A stretch of DNA of 64,000 bases. Origin: an uncultured virus (IMG/VR IMGVR_UViG_3300025018_003789) (lineage: Duplodnaviria; Heunggongvirae; Uroviricota; Caudoviricetes). Both the position numbers and the translations under genes were made by a program. Where the stretch lies: the IMG/VR virus record IMGVR_UViG_3300025018_003789. One strand, given 5' to 3'. Below, piece after piece: positions 49,155 to 59,006 of the stretch (position 1 is the stretch's first letter; each line of letters begins with the position of its first letter). The notes beneath the pieces are model-generated. The model had not been told where the DNA came from, ran no database searches, and saw only the letters and a program-made list of their open reading frames with translations.

Positions 49155-51044
49155 ATGAATTATTCAGAATCAGCAAATGGATTGGGTATAAACTTTAGAG
49201 TAGAAGTTGATCCTTTAGTTAAACCTGTCTTTGTCCCATTTGAATTTTTAAGCTATGATGATTTTGGAGAACCTATTTTTCCAAATAGTCATAAGGCCAA
49301 GATGGAAGATGAGATCTTTAAGAGAGAGGAGCAAGCCGCCGAAATAAGAAAAAAAAGAAAGGAACAACAAGAAAAAGAAAGGCTTGACCTCCAGAAAAAA
49401 GAAACTCCCCCGCCCCAAGATGAACAAATTGATATGTTTGGTGATTCTATAAAAGAGTCACCAACTTCACCATACACACCTGGTGGAAAGATAGCTAGTT
49501 CTAAAAAAGATAAGATTCCAGGTGGATTGGCAGATAAAAAGTCTCCTTCCGATTTCAATCAAAAGGATTTGAAAAGGGGAATTAAAGTTGAATTAGAGCA
49601 CACTAGCGATAGAGACATTGCTCAGGAAATCGCAATGGATCACTTGACGGAAGATTCCAAGTATTATCAAAAACTTGAAAAGATGGAAAAACGTCAATCC
49701 TCTCGTTATTGGTATAGAACTTCTTCTTTCAAGAAAAGGTTGTCTCAGTGTGTTGATATGTGTGAAAGTAAATTTGAAAATGAGAAAGATAATAAAATAA
49801 GAGTAAAGGTAGAAAAGAAAGATTCAAAAGATAAAGATTTAGATAAAGAAATTGTAGTTATAGTCGAAGGACCAAAGTCTATTTCAGAAAACATCATTAC
49901 TGAAATGGAAGCAAAAGAATTGAAGGGTTGTCTAAATACAGTTCTTTCTAAAAATAATTTCTGGTATAAAATTTCTCAGAGAAGTTTCGATTTTGAAACA
50001 CAGAAATCATGGGAAATAAATGATCCATTTAAAGACGATGAAGAGTATTATGTTTATCATGGATTTGCCGATACTGCTGATGCTTGGAACACCTTAAAAA
50101 AAGGTTTATCTGGTTCAGAAAAAGTTCCTAGAAAATATTCCTATGAATCTCAAAACAATCCGATGGGTCTTTTTGTTACTTTGAATAGAAAGACTGCTCA
50201 AGAATTTTCTTCTACTCATGGAGAGTCTGTGATATTTGAGTTGTTGGTTTCTGGTAAAGACTTAGAGTCTCCTGTTTGGCCAAGCGGTTCCTATACTGTT
50301 CAGGGTCAAATGGCTGAATATTGGAAAGGCGATACCTTCGAAGAACAGATGCAAGATAGAGAAAATTCTAGAATGGAAAATGTAGAAAGACAGAAAAAGG
50401 AATTAGAAGAAAGAAAAATAGATCTAGAAAGAAGAATAGAGAGAGACAGGGCTTCCTTGGAAGAGTGGAATTCTATAGAGAACATTCCAGAAGAAAGTCT
50501 ATCCAGTATAGAGAGGACAAAAGATTGGCTAAACAGTAGTGAAAAGGAACTCGCACATATAAACGCTTTATTGTCTAGCGATAGAATAGATCTAGCAAAG
50601 TCTCTTGTTGGTGGTGAGCAACAAGCTTTATTTGTTGGAGATATAGATCCTTCAGATGTGAAATCCGTTTGGGTTAGAGTTGAAAATAAAGAAAAGGGAT
50701 ATATGCTAACTACAGATCCTTTTGTTCAAATGTCTCCAGAAGATTTTATGAATAAATTTGAAGAAAAAACAAATGAAAGAACCAATGATTTAGAATCTAA
50801 AGCGTTCTCTCCTAAAGAAGATTTCGATCCAGATATATTCTGGGAAAGAGTTCCAAAATATGTTCACAGAGATAAACAGCGTAGTATAAATGTTTTTTCT
50901 GAACATCCTGAATATTACAGAATGTACTTTTGGCCTAGACAAATACCTGCTGCAAAAGAATATTTTGAAAGAAATAGAAGCGTAGATAAGAATGCCTATT
51001 CGAACCATTGGTATAAATGGTCTAACGAGAATCAATATGTTTGA
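49155..51044 (+). CDS. Multidomain protein: DUF5661-like plus ADP-ribosyltransferase-like domain
   Basis: GIKVELEHT...A.EIAMDHL.ED..YY.KL; YVYHG...GL...GLFVT...A..F...VIFE...EQQAL. Confidence 0.7.
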   Translation: MNYSESANGLGINFRVEVDPLVKPVFVPFEFLSYDDFGEPIFPNSHKAKMEDEIFKREEQAAEIRKKRKEQQEKERLDLQKKETPPPQDEQIDMFGDSIKESPTSPYTPGGKIASSKKDKIPGGLADKKSPSDFNQKDLKRGIKVELEHTSDRDIAQEIAMDHLTEDSKYYQKLEKMEKRQSSRYWYRTSSFKKRLSQCVDMCESKFENEKDNKIRVKVEKKDSKDKDLDKEIVVIVEGPKSISENIITEMEAKELKGCLNTVLSKNNFWYKISQRSFDFETQKSWEINDPFKDDEEYYVYHGFADTADAWNTLKKGLSGSEKVPRKYSYESQNNPMGLFVTLNRKTAQEFSSTHGESVIFELLVSGKDLESPVWPSGSYTVQGQMAEYWKGDTFEEQMQDRENSRMENVERQKKELEERKIDLERRIERDRASLEEWNSIENIPEESLSSIERTKDWLNSSEKELAHINALLSSDRIDLAKSLVGGEQQALFVGDIDPSDVKSVWVRVENKEKGYMLTTDPFVQMSPEDFMNKFEEKTNERTNDLESKAFSPKEDFDPDIFWERVPKYVHRDKQRSINVFSEHPEYYRMYFWPRQIPAAKEYFERNRSVDKNAYSNHWYKWSNENQYV

Positions 51045-52317
51045 CTTCTTTCAAGGGAATTCCATCAAATCATCAAAAGATATTGAGGTTAAGTATAGAG
51101 ATACAGTAGATTCTTTTTTGTGGGAAGATGACGACAATGTTTATCTTGAGAGAATTTCTGTAAATGAACGTGGACAAGGAACTGGAACTCAATTCATGAA
51201 TGAGTTGATTGAGTATGCCAATCGTTCAAATAAAAATATAATATTAGAGCCTGATGAAGATTTGGGTGGAGACTTGGAACGTCTTAAAGAATTTTACTCT
51301 AGATTTGGTTTTTCAGAAGATGGAGATAAAATGAGATATGATTTTAAAGAAGATGTATCTACGGCAAATGACAATAGTTGGTATAAGATTTCAAATCTAT
51401 CTAAAGTCTCTGGTGATGAAGGTTTGTCCTTTCTGTTGAATGAACCTAACTCCGATCCTAAACTTTTAGGCTATACAGGTAGAGAGAATTCTTCAGAGAG
51501 TAAAGATGGGACCGAAAAATATTTGGGTGAATTTGGATCGATCAGATATGTTTTAAGGGACAATGATGGAAATATCATAGCTTCTGCTCAAGGTGTTATT
51601 CCTCCTGATAGACCTGCTCAAATGTCAAACATTTATGTTCATCCATATCACAGAAGAAAGGGGTTGGCTGAGAAATTAGTCTCTATTTTTGAATCTGACA
51701 ATGAAGGTGGGACCCATTCTCAACATATTAACGATGATATGCAATCCGTATTAGACAAAATGAATCAAGAGAAATCTGAAAAACAACCTTTAGTTTCAAA
51801 TAAAAATGACTGGTACAAGATGTCTTCATTACCAGACGATCTATATTATGAAGATGGTGAAGAATATGGATTTGAGGCTGAAGAGTTATCTAAGAAATAT
51901 TTCAATACATTACGTTGAACAGAGTGTAAACTTGCAGTCTTAAATGAGAAAAGAGAAGTTGTTGCCGCCTTATTTACTGATGAAACAAATAGTGAAAGTT
52001 TTTCTTTTGATATTGTTGTTAGACCAGATTATCAAAACAGAGGCATTGGAAAAGAACTTGTAGAAGAGGCAATTAGCGAATTCAATTACCTAAAAGATGT
52101 TTACGGTGATGATTACTATATAGATGTTCATGTTATAAATCCTGTAATGCGTGATATTCTTGAAAAGAACTATGGTTTTTCTGTAGATAAAGAATTTAAC
52201 GAAGAAAATCTGACTATGCGTTATCAGAAAAACAAGAAAGGTGAAGTTAAGTTGGCCAAAACACTTGACAGAAACTTCAATTTGAAGAGTATTGTGAACA
52301 GAAAGGTAACGATTGCG
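51037..52317 (+). CDS. Three tandem GNAT acetyltransferase domains (single in-frame TGA at 51916-51918)
   Basis: ERGQGTGTQFM; VHPYHRRKGLA; VRPDYQNRGIGKEL acetyl-CoA motifs; frame continuous with the CCA ORF. Confidence 0.7.
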
Positions 52318-54099
52318 ATGTTTGATGGAAGTAAAGAATTTTGGAAAAAGGTGGCTTCTTCTGAAGAGAAGGATGCAGAAGGATCTGTATATAATCTAGA
52401 CATTCAAATCGAATTACCGGAAACCTTACAAAAAATATTTTCTTGGTTTGAATCTGAGGGGTTGAGCGCACTCATTGTTGGTGGTGCTGTTCGTGATAGG
52501 TTTATTGGTAAGGAACCAAAAGATATAGACATAGAGGTTCATGGAACAAACTATGAAAAACTATCAAAAACTCTTTCTCAGTTTGGAAGAGTCGATGTGG
52601 TTGGCAAGTCTTTTGGTATCATTAAGATAACAGATTCAGAAGGTAATGATTACGACTTCTCCATTCCAAGAAGAGAATCTAAAACTGGTGTTGGTCATCG
52701 TGGATTCAATGTTGAATTCGACGAAAGCATTACGCCAAAAGAAGCTGCTGCTCGTCGTGACTTCACCATAAATGCTCTTGCCTACGATCCAATAAAGAAA
52801 CAAGTGCATGATTACTTTGGTGGTGTTGAAGATATAAAAAATAAAGTATTAAAAGCAACAAGTCCCGCTTTTGCAGAAGATCCCTTGAGAGTGTTGAGAG
52901 GAATGCAATTTGCTGGTAGATTTGGCTTTAGTCTTGATCCTGAAACTGCTGACATTAGTCGAGATTTAATGGAAGAGTATTCACATCTTGCCAGAGAAAG
53001 AGTGTCTGGTGAATGGATGAAGATGTTTACCAAGAGTAATCACCCAGGAAAGTCTTTAGAGTATCTTGTTGCAAGTGGATGGATAAATTTATATCCAGAG
53101 ATTGATGCTTTTATAAACAATGATGTTCAAGAAGATCTTCTTCAAGAAATGAATTATGTCGAATATCCTCAACTGAAAGGTAAAGAGATAAAACAGGAAC
53201 CAGAATGGCACCCTGAAGGTGGTGTTATGATTCATACAATTTATGTTCTTGAGGCTGCTGCTAAAATCGCAGATGAACAGGGATTATCTGGTGATGATCG
53301 TGCTGTTATTTTGATGGCTGGGCTTTGCCACGATTTAGGGAAGGCAACTCACACTGCAATAGAAGATAAGAATGGTGTTCCTAGAGTGACTTCAAAGGGA
53401 CATGAAGCTGCTAGTGTTCCTTTGTCTGAAAAATTCCTTCAGTCAATTGGAATAAAGAATGATCTTATTAAGAGAGTTCTTCCTTTGGTTGGAAATCACA
53501 TGCAGCACATATCCTATGATAGTGGTAGTAAGAAAGGTAATGTGAGACAAATAGCTGAACGTCTTTTTCCTGCCACAATAAAAGAACTTGAATTGATGAT
53601 ACGTTCAGATATGGGTGGAAGACCACCTTTGCCTGGAGGTCTTCCTGAACTTGCTGAAAAAATGATCGAAGATGCAAAGGGCGAAGGAGTTTTCGAAGGC
53701 AAAGTTACAGATTTAATCATGGGTAGAGACATTATTGATCTAGTTCCTTCTGGACAAAGAATGCTCATCGGAGAAGCCTTGAAGTTAGTTCGTCAAAAAC
53801 AACTAGAGGGAAGTGTGAAAGATTCCGAAGGCGCTCTGATTGTTGCTGAGAATTATATAAAAAGTAAACTTCTACTAATCAATGGATCGGACGTTATGTC
53901 TGCAAGTGGACTGGGTGGAGGACCATACATTAAAGGCGTTTTGGATGCTGCATGGGAAGAGCAAAAGGGCGGGACTTTCTCTAATAGAGAAGGTGCTTTG
54001 GAGTGGTTGTCTCAACAATTCGATCCAAAAGAAGAATCTAAAGACGAAGAGAATTTAGATGAAAATGATCCTTGGTACAGAGTGAATAAAGGGGATTAA
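52147..54099 (+). CDS. cca: CCA tRNA nucleotidyltransferase with HD domain
   Basis: VGGAVRD; KDIDIEV; RRDFTINA; EDPLRVLRGMQF; ERV; WHPEG.V..HT; LCHDLGK; likely own start at 52318. Confidence 0.92.
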   Translation: MRDILEKNYGFSVDKEFNEENLTMRYQKNKKGEVKLAKTLDRNFNLKSIVNRKVTIAMFDGSKEFWKKVASSEEKDAEGSVYNLDIQIELPETLQKIFSWFESEGLSALIVGGAVRDRFIGKEPKDIDIEVHGTNYEKLSKTLSQFGRVDVVGKSFGIIKITDSEGNDYDFSIPRRESKTGVGHRGFNVEFDESITPKEAAARRDFTINALAYDPIKKQVHDYFGGVEDIKNKVLKATSPAFAEDPLRVLRGMQFAGRFGFSLDPETADISRDLMEEYSHLARERVSGEWMKMFTKSNHPGKSLEYLVASGWINLYPEIDAFINNDVQEDLLQEMNYVEYPQLKGKEIKQEPEWHPEGGVMIHTIYVLEAAAKIADEQGLSGDDRAVILMAGLCHDLGKATHTAIEDKNGVPRVTSKGHEAASVPLSEKFLQSIGIKNDLIKRVLPLVGNHMQHISYDSGSKKGNVRQIAERLFPATIKELELMIRSDMGGRPPLPGGLPELAEKMIEDAKGEGVFEGKVTDLIMGRDIIDLVPSGQRMLIGEALKLVRQKQLEGSVKDSEGALIVAENYIKSKLLLINGSDVMSASGLGGGPYIKGVLDAAWEEQKGGTFSNREGALEWLSQQFDPKEESKDEENLDENDPWYRVNKGD

Positions 54100-54183
54100 A
54101 AGCGTCCTTCCTTGTGGCCATAATACGTTGACATAAGGTCTTGTTAGGCGTATTTTCTTAAAAAGTCCATTAGGAAAAATGAC

Positions 54184-54846
54184 ATGCCAGCCTGTAAACT
54201 AGAAACTATATACAAAAATTTCATAGACGAGGAAAGTCCTTGTCGAAATTTTATCACGCCTTTCAAACTTGATTCGTTTTACAACGCTCCTAACTCTCTT
54301 GTCGATGAAACTTCCAATTTAAAACCTAAAGGGCTTTGGTATGCTCAAGGTTCATCATGGTTTGATTGGTGTAAGTCTGAAAGTTTTTCCGACTTTAGTG
54401 ATTGTCTTTATATTTATGAGATAATTCCAAATTATGAAAAAGTCCTTCGGATCTCTTCAGAAAATGAATTTGATTACTTTGAAGAAAAGTATTTGAAAAA
54501 AGATTATATTTTTTCAATGATGGATAAAATAGATTGGACATTGGTGTCAAAAGAATATTCTGGCATTGAAATAATTCCTTATCTTTGGCGAAAAAGATAT
54601 GATCATTTTTGGTATCATGGATGGGATATTTCATCTGGCTGCATTTGGAATGCAACTGGAATCAAAGAAGTTAAACTGATTTTCGAAAAATCAAAAAAAC
54701 TCTGGTTAAATAGAGGAGATAAAAACGAACCAATTAATATTGGAGATGGAATTCCTGAATCAGAGTATGGTGAACTCCGTTACAAAATAAATGAAATGAA
54801 AGAAAAAGAACACGGTCGAAGTAGACTCTTTAAGTACATGGCCTAA
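54184..54846 (+). CDS. Conserved hypothetical protein of large viruses
   Basis: KPKGLWY...W..WC; IDW..V...Y.GIEI; WY.GWD..SGCIWN. Confidence 0.7.
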   Translation: MPACKLETIYKNFIDEESPCRNFITPFKLDSFYNAPNSLVDETSNLKPKGLWYAQGSSWFDWCKSESFSDFSDCLYIYEIIPNYEKVLRISSENEFDYFEEKYLKKDYIFSMMDKIDWTLVSKEYSGIEIIPYLWRKRYDHFWYHGWDISSGCIWNATGIKEVKLIFEKSKKLWLNRGDKNEPINIGDGIPESEYGELRYKINEMKEKEHGRSRLFKYMA

Positions 54847-54931
54847 TAGAATCAAGTAATATTTCACCGTATCTTGGGTGGAAATGGTATTAGAATAATT
54901 GTACCAAAATATAAATTGAATGGATATATAT

Positions 54932-56638
54932 ATGGCTTCTTACATATTTGTAACTGGTGGTGTAGTTAGCGGTCTAGGTAAAGGAATCGCCGCAGCATCC
55001 TTGGGTGCATTATTGTCCGACAAAGGCTATCGTGTTTCGTTACAAAAATTAGATCCGTATTTAAATATTGATGCAGGAACTATGAATCCCTATCAACACG
55101 GGGAAGTTTTTGTGACTGAGGACGGTGCAGAAACCGATCTTGATCTAGGGCATTATGAAAGATTTTTAGATGAAAATACAAATATATTGTCAAATGTAAC
55201 AACTGGACAAATTTATAAATCTGTTTTAGAGAGAGAAAGAGACGGTTCTTTCCAAGGAGATACAATACAAATTGTACCTCACGTTACAAAAGAAATTCAA
55301 AACAAAATATTATCGCTTCAAAGCAAAACAGATGCAGATATTATTATCTGTGAAATCGGAGGGACTGTCGGAGATCTTGAGAGTGCTCCTTTCCTAGAAG
55401 CTATTCGTCAAATGCCAATGATTGTTGGTAAAGAAAACTGTTGCTACATTCACCTCACATACGTTCCCTTTCTCGCTCATTCAGGTGAGATAAAAACAAA
55501 ACCCACTCAGCATTCTGTTAGAGATCTTAGAAATCTAGGTATTTCCGCAGACATCATCATCTGTAGGACTGCCGCAGAAGTTATTTTGTCCGAAGATATT
55601 AAAAACAAAATATCTATGTTCTGTGGCATAGAAGAAAAAAACGTAATTCAGGCAAAAGACTGTAAAACTATTTATGAAGTTCCTTTGAATTTGATAGGTT
55701 TAGATAAATCGGTTTTGGAAATATTGGGTTGGCCCAAAACAGCCAGTGTAAAAAGTGGGATATATTCTTCAATTCAAATAAGTCAATCTGGATGGACTTG
55801 GACTGGCTATAAAATGTATTTTGATAAACCTCCTGAAAAAGAAGTTACAATTGGAATCGCTGGAAAATACGTTTCCTGTCAAGATGCTTACAAGTCAATT
55901 GACGAATCATTAGTTCATGCTGGAAAAAGATGTGATGTAAAAGTAAATGTTGTAAAAATAGATACAGAAAAAGATTCAGATTTACTTGGAAAAATACACG
56001 ATGGAGATTACTTTGGTTTAGATGGAATTATAGTTCCAGGAGGATTTGGTGGGAGAGGAGTTAAAGGTAAATTGACTATTGCAAGATCATGCATAAAAAA
56101 TAATTTTCCTTATTTAGGAATTTGTTATGGTATGCATGTACTTGTTATTGAATTTGCAAAAATGGCCATAAAGGGATCTAGACACGGTGAAATAAATACT
56201 GTTGAACTTGATTCCGAATGTAAATATCCGGTAATTTCACTCATGGAAAATCAAAAAAATGTATCTTTTGGCGGAACAATGAGATTGGGATCTTATGATT
56301 GTGATTTGATCGAGGGCACACTAACGAAAGATCTTTATAATCGAAAAGACGAAGAAGATTCAAATGAAAGAAAAGAGATTGTAACAATAAGTGAAAGACA
56401 TCGACATAGATACGAAGTGAATTCGGAATTTATTCCAAACTTAGAAGAAATTGGAGTAAAAATCTCTGGAATTAATAAGAAATCTGGACTTGTTGAAATT
56501 GTTGAATATCCTAAAAATGACTTTTGTATTGCATGTCAATTTCATCCAGAATTTAAATCTAGACCGATAAATCCTCATCCTTTATTTGTCGGCTTAGTAG
56601 AATCTGCTATAGCGAGAAAATATAAAAATGACTCATAA
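54932..56638 (+). CDS. pyrG: CTP synthase
   Basis: IFVTGGVVSGLGKG; KLDPYLN; GEIKTKPTQHSV; GICYG; ERHRHRYE; QFHPEF.SRP. Confidence 0.97.
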   Translation: MASYIFVTGGVVSGLGKGIAAASLGALLSDKGYRVSLQKLDPYLNIDAGTMNPYQHGEVFVTEDGAETDLDLGHYERFLDENTNILSNVTTGQIYKSVLERERDGSFQGDTIQIVPHVTKEIQNKILSLQSKTDADIIICEIGGTVGDLESAPFLEAIRQMPMIVGKENCCYIHLTYVPFLAHSGEIKTKPTQHSVRDLRNLGISADIIICRTAAEVILSEDIKNKISMFCGIEEKNVIQAKDCKTIYEVPLNLIGLDKSVLEILGWPKTASVKSGIYSSIQISQSGWTWTGYKMYFDKPPEKEVTIGIAGKYVSCQDAYKSIDESLVHAGKRCDVKVNVVKIDTEKDSDLLGKIHDGDYFGLDGIIVPGGFGGRGVKGKLTIARSCIKNNFPYLGICYGMHVLVIEFAKMAIKGSRHGEINTVELDSECKYPVISLMENQKNVSFGGTMRLGSYDCDLIEGTLTKDLYNRKDEEDSNERKEIVTISERHRHRYEVNSEFIPNLEEIGVKISGINKKSGLVEIVEYPKNDFCIACQFHPEFKSRPINPHPLFVGLVESAIARKYKNDS

Positions 56639-57184
56639 TTTAGATTTAGATGGTTTTTTTGAAAAGAAAAAAGAAATTGAAGATAAGGAAAACTCGGGTT
56701 CTTTTAGACATCACACTTTAAATGAATCCACCAAAGTTGATTGGTTGACTCCACCAGAAATAATTAAAGACTTAGGTCCATTCGATACAGATCCCTGCAC
56801 TCCAATAGAAAGACCTTGGGACACTGCAAAAATACATTACAATATAACAAATAATGGACTTCTTCAGGAATGATCTGGAAGAGTTTGGATGAATCCACCT
56901 TACGGTAATCGAACAAAACAGTGGATGAAGAAAATGGCTGAACATGATAATGGAATAGCCTTAATCTTCGCAAGAACCGAAACAAGAATATTTTTTCCTT
57001 ACATTTGGGATTATGCTGATTCTATTTTTTTGTGAAGGGTCGTCTTAATTTCTATCACATAGATGGAACTAGAGGAGATGCCAATTCCGGTGCTCCTTCT
57101 GTTTTAATTGCATATGGTAAAGAAAATACAAAAAGACTAGAACAAATAAAATGTCTTGAGGGAAAGTTGGTTTATTTGAAATGA
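56628..57184 (+). pseudogene. Phage N6-adenine methyltransferase (Dam-like), with in-frame TGA and 1-nt frameshift
   Basis: WLTPP; FDTDPC; GLLQE*SGRVWMNPPYG; GIALIFARTET; frameshift in T-run ~57025 before KGRLNF...SGAPSVLIAYG. Confidence 0.8.
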
Positions 57185-57570
57185 TAACAAAACTTAGTAA
57201 TAAAATTCAATCTGATATAAGAGAATTTCTAGACGATATGGATTTCAAAGATATTGTAAATTCTGCTATCTTAGAAGAAGTTGAAATTAGAGACCCTAGT
57301 GATCAAAGATTTGTAGATAAGATTGTAGATGCAATTGCAGATAAAGTTGTTGAATCTTTAGATGCAGAAACTATTGCTGATCATATTTCAGATGAATTGA
57401 AAAAACATATTCTTCAGTATAATCCTACAATAGGGGTTGATGGAAATCTTGCTTGTAATTCTTGCTATAGAGAACATGGAAATTGGAAGACTTCGCAAGG
57501 TGGCCAATTAGAACATGCGAACCTGTGTAAAAATGGCGTAGCAATAATAGTGTTAGACGATCTAAATTAA
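57181..57570 (+). CDS. Hypothetical protein
   Basis: ATGA-coupled 129-aa ORF. Confidence 0.55.
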   Translation: MITKLSNKIQSDIREFLDDMDFKDIVNSAILEEVEIRDPSDQRFVDKIVDAIADKVVESLDAETIADHISDELKKHILQYNPTIGVDGNLACNSCYREHGNWKTSQGGQLEHANLCKNGVAIIVLDDLN

Positions 57571-57585
57571 AGGAGACCAATAGAA

Positions 57586-58405
57586 ATGGCTAAAAGATCA
57601 CCGTGAAATAATGGAGAATATGCAATTCTTCACGTAGCAATGTCTGAAATGGATGTTGGGGTGTTTTCAACAGTTGGCTGAAAATCTACAAAAAACTATA
57701 AATAATTACAAAATTCGATAACCAAGAATCAGTAATAATAAAAGTTTTTTATAGAAAAATAGAAAGAAGATACCGTAAGTTCTACGGAAATTAAAGTCTG
57801 TGGAGAGAATGTAAGTCAAATAATATCAATTTATTAATATTATTTGCTATCTTGATGAAGCAGAAAGTGAACAGAGAATCTTTTGTAGATTTTTGTAAGT
57901 TTCACAGAACGGTTATGTTGATGGGGATTATGAAGGTACAATTCGTAATTTCGGAAAGAACATAGCAACTATCGCAGAAAAAATCAACAGAACACCAAGA
58001 GCTATTTGTGATAAAATGGCAGAGCGTTATTCAGAAAGAGAAATTAGATCTTTCGAGAATGTTTATGAAGGTGAAGAATCAGCATCAGAGCGTGTCTTCA
58101 GCACTCTTCATCGTTCTGTAGAGCACAAGTTGTATAAGTTGTATCAAAGTAGCGAAGATAAGAGTTTGAATCGTGCCTTTTCGAAGAGAATTGATTCTAC
58201 TGTTTCTCCGATGAAAAACATTAATAGTTTCATCGAAAAGGAAGTTAACCGTAAGACCACAACTAAACTTCCAAAAGAAACTGTTTCTCAAATCAAGAGT
58301 TCGTGGGAAATTTCAAGAACACCAAAGATTTCTTCCGTAACTTCTCGTGTTTTAACTTCAGTTGCTCAACATTCAACCTCTCTAAGTGCATATAGAAAAA
58401 GATAA
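57586..58405 (+). pseudogene. Myb/HTH-like protein gene interrupted by a 253-bp element (also in-frame TGA at 57604)
   Basis: AAGGAG RBS; MAKRSP*NNGEYAILH..MDVG | YVDG...IATIAEKINRTPRAI...; removing 57660-57912 restores frame. Confidence 0.65.
57660..57912 (+). mobile_element. Non-autonomous miniature IS607-like element retaining the tnpB 3'/omegaRNA region
   Basis: Ends match those of 59390-60655 (CAGTT..AAAATCTACAAAAAACTA; TTTTGTAGATT..AACGG); internal ACCGTAAGTTCTACGG..CTGTGGAGA..GTAAG..GAAGCAG; GG at both junctions. Confidence 0.75.
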
Positions 58406-58431
58406 AATCTTTTTAAATTGCTATTGATGCG

Positions 58432-58461
58432 AAGGGAGCTATTTTATTATAGCTCCCTTTT
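58432..58461 (+). terminator. Intrinsic terminator
   Basis: AAGGGAGCTAT/ATAGCTCCCTT stem plus T-run. Confidence 0.75.
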
Positions 58462-58490
58462 GTTTAATTTGATGAATCGAGGTAAGGCAT

Positions 58491-59006
58491 TTGGATAAAA
58501 TCAAGTCTAATGGACAAAAAGAATTCAATAAAAAAAGATATGATAAACACAATTCTGAATCTAAAAGAAAATTCAAACTTCTTTCGGATCTATTAAGGAC
58601 GGAATACCGAGACTGCGAAGAAAATTTCAAGTATGATGGGTTGTGGAAGCCTAAAGACAAATTCATAAAAATAGAATTTGAAGATAGAAGAGAAAAGAAT
58701 TTTGATGGTCTGAGGGATGGAGATTATCCATACAGTAATGGATATAGTATTTTAGAGAGAAAACTTAAAGACGATAAAAATAAATCATCTCTTTTTGTTA
58801 TTACAAAACAAGGCTGTGATACTGAATTTGGTTTCATTAACTTTGCCCTCGCTAGAAAATTATACAAAGAACATAAACTAGAATCTGAAGCCTTTCAAGC
58901 CAGAGATACAGACAAGCCTGAGAAAAGATTCTTATTTCCAATTGATTTATGCACTTTCATAAAAGTAAACTTCAAAACAGGAAAGATAGTTAAGAATGGA
59001 AAGTAA
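58491..59006 (+). CDS. Putative PD-(D/E)xK nuclease-like protein
   Basis: GAGG RBS, TTG start; KYD......IEFE.R pattern. Confidence 0.45.
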   Translation: MDKIKSNGQKEFNKKRYDKHNSESKRKFKLLSDLLRTEYRDCEENFKYDGLWKPKDKFIKIEFEDRREKNFDGLRDGDYPYSNGYSILERKLKDDKNKSSLFVITKQGCDTEFGFINFALARKLYKEHKLESEAFQARDTDKPEKRFLFPIDLCTFIKVNFKTGKIVKNGK

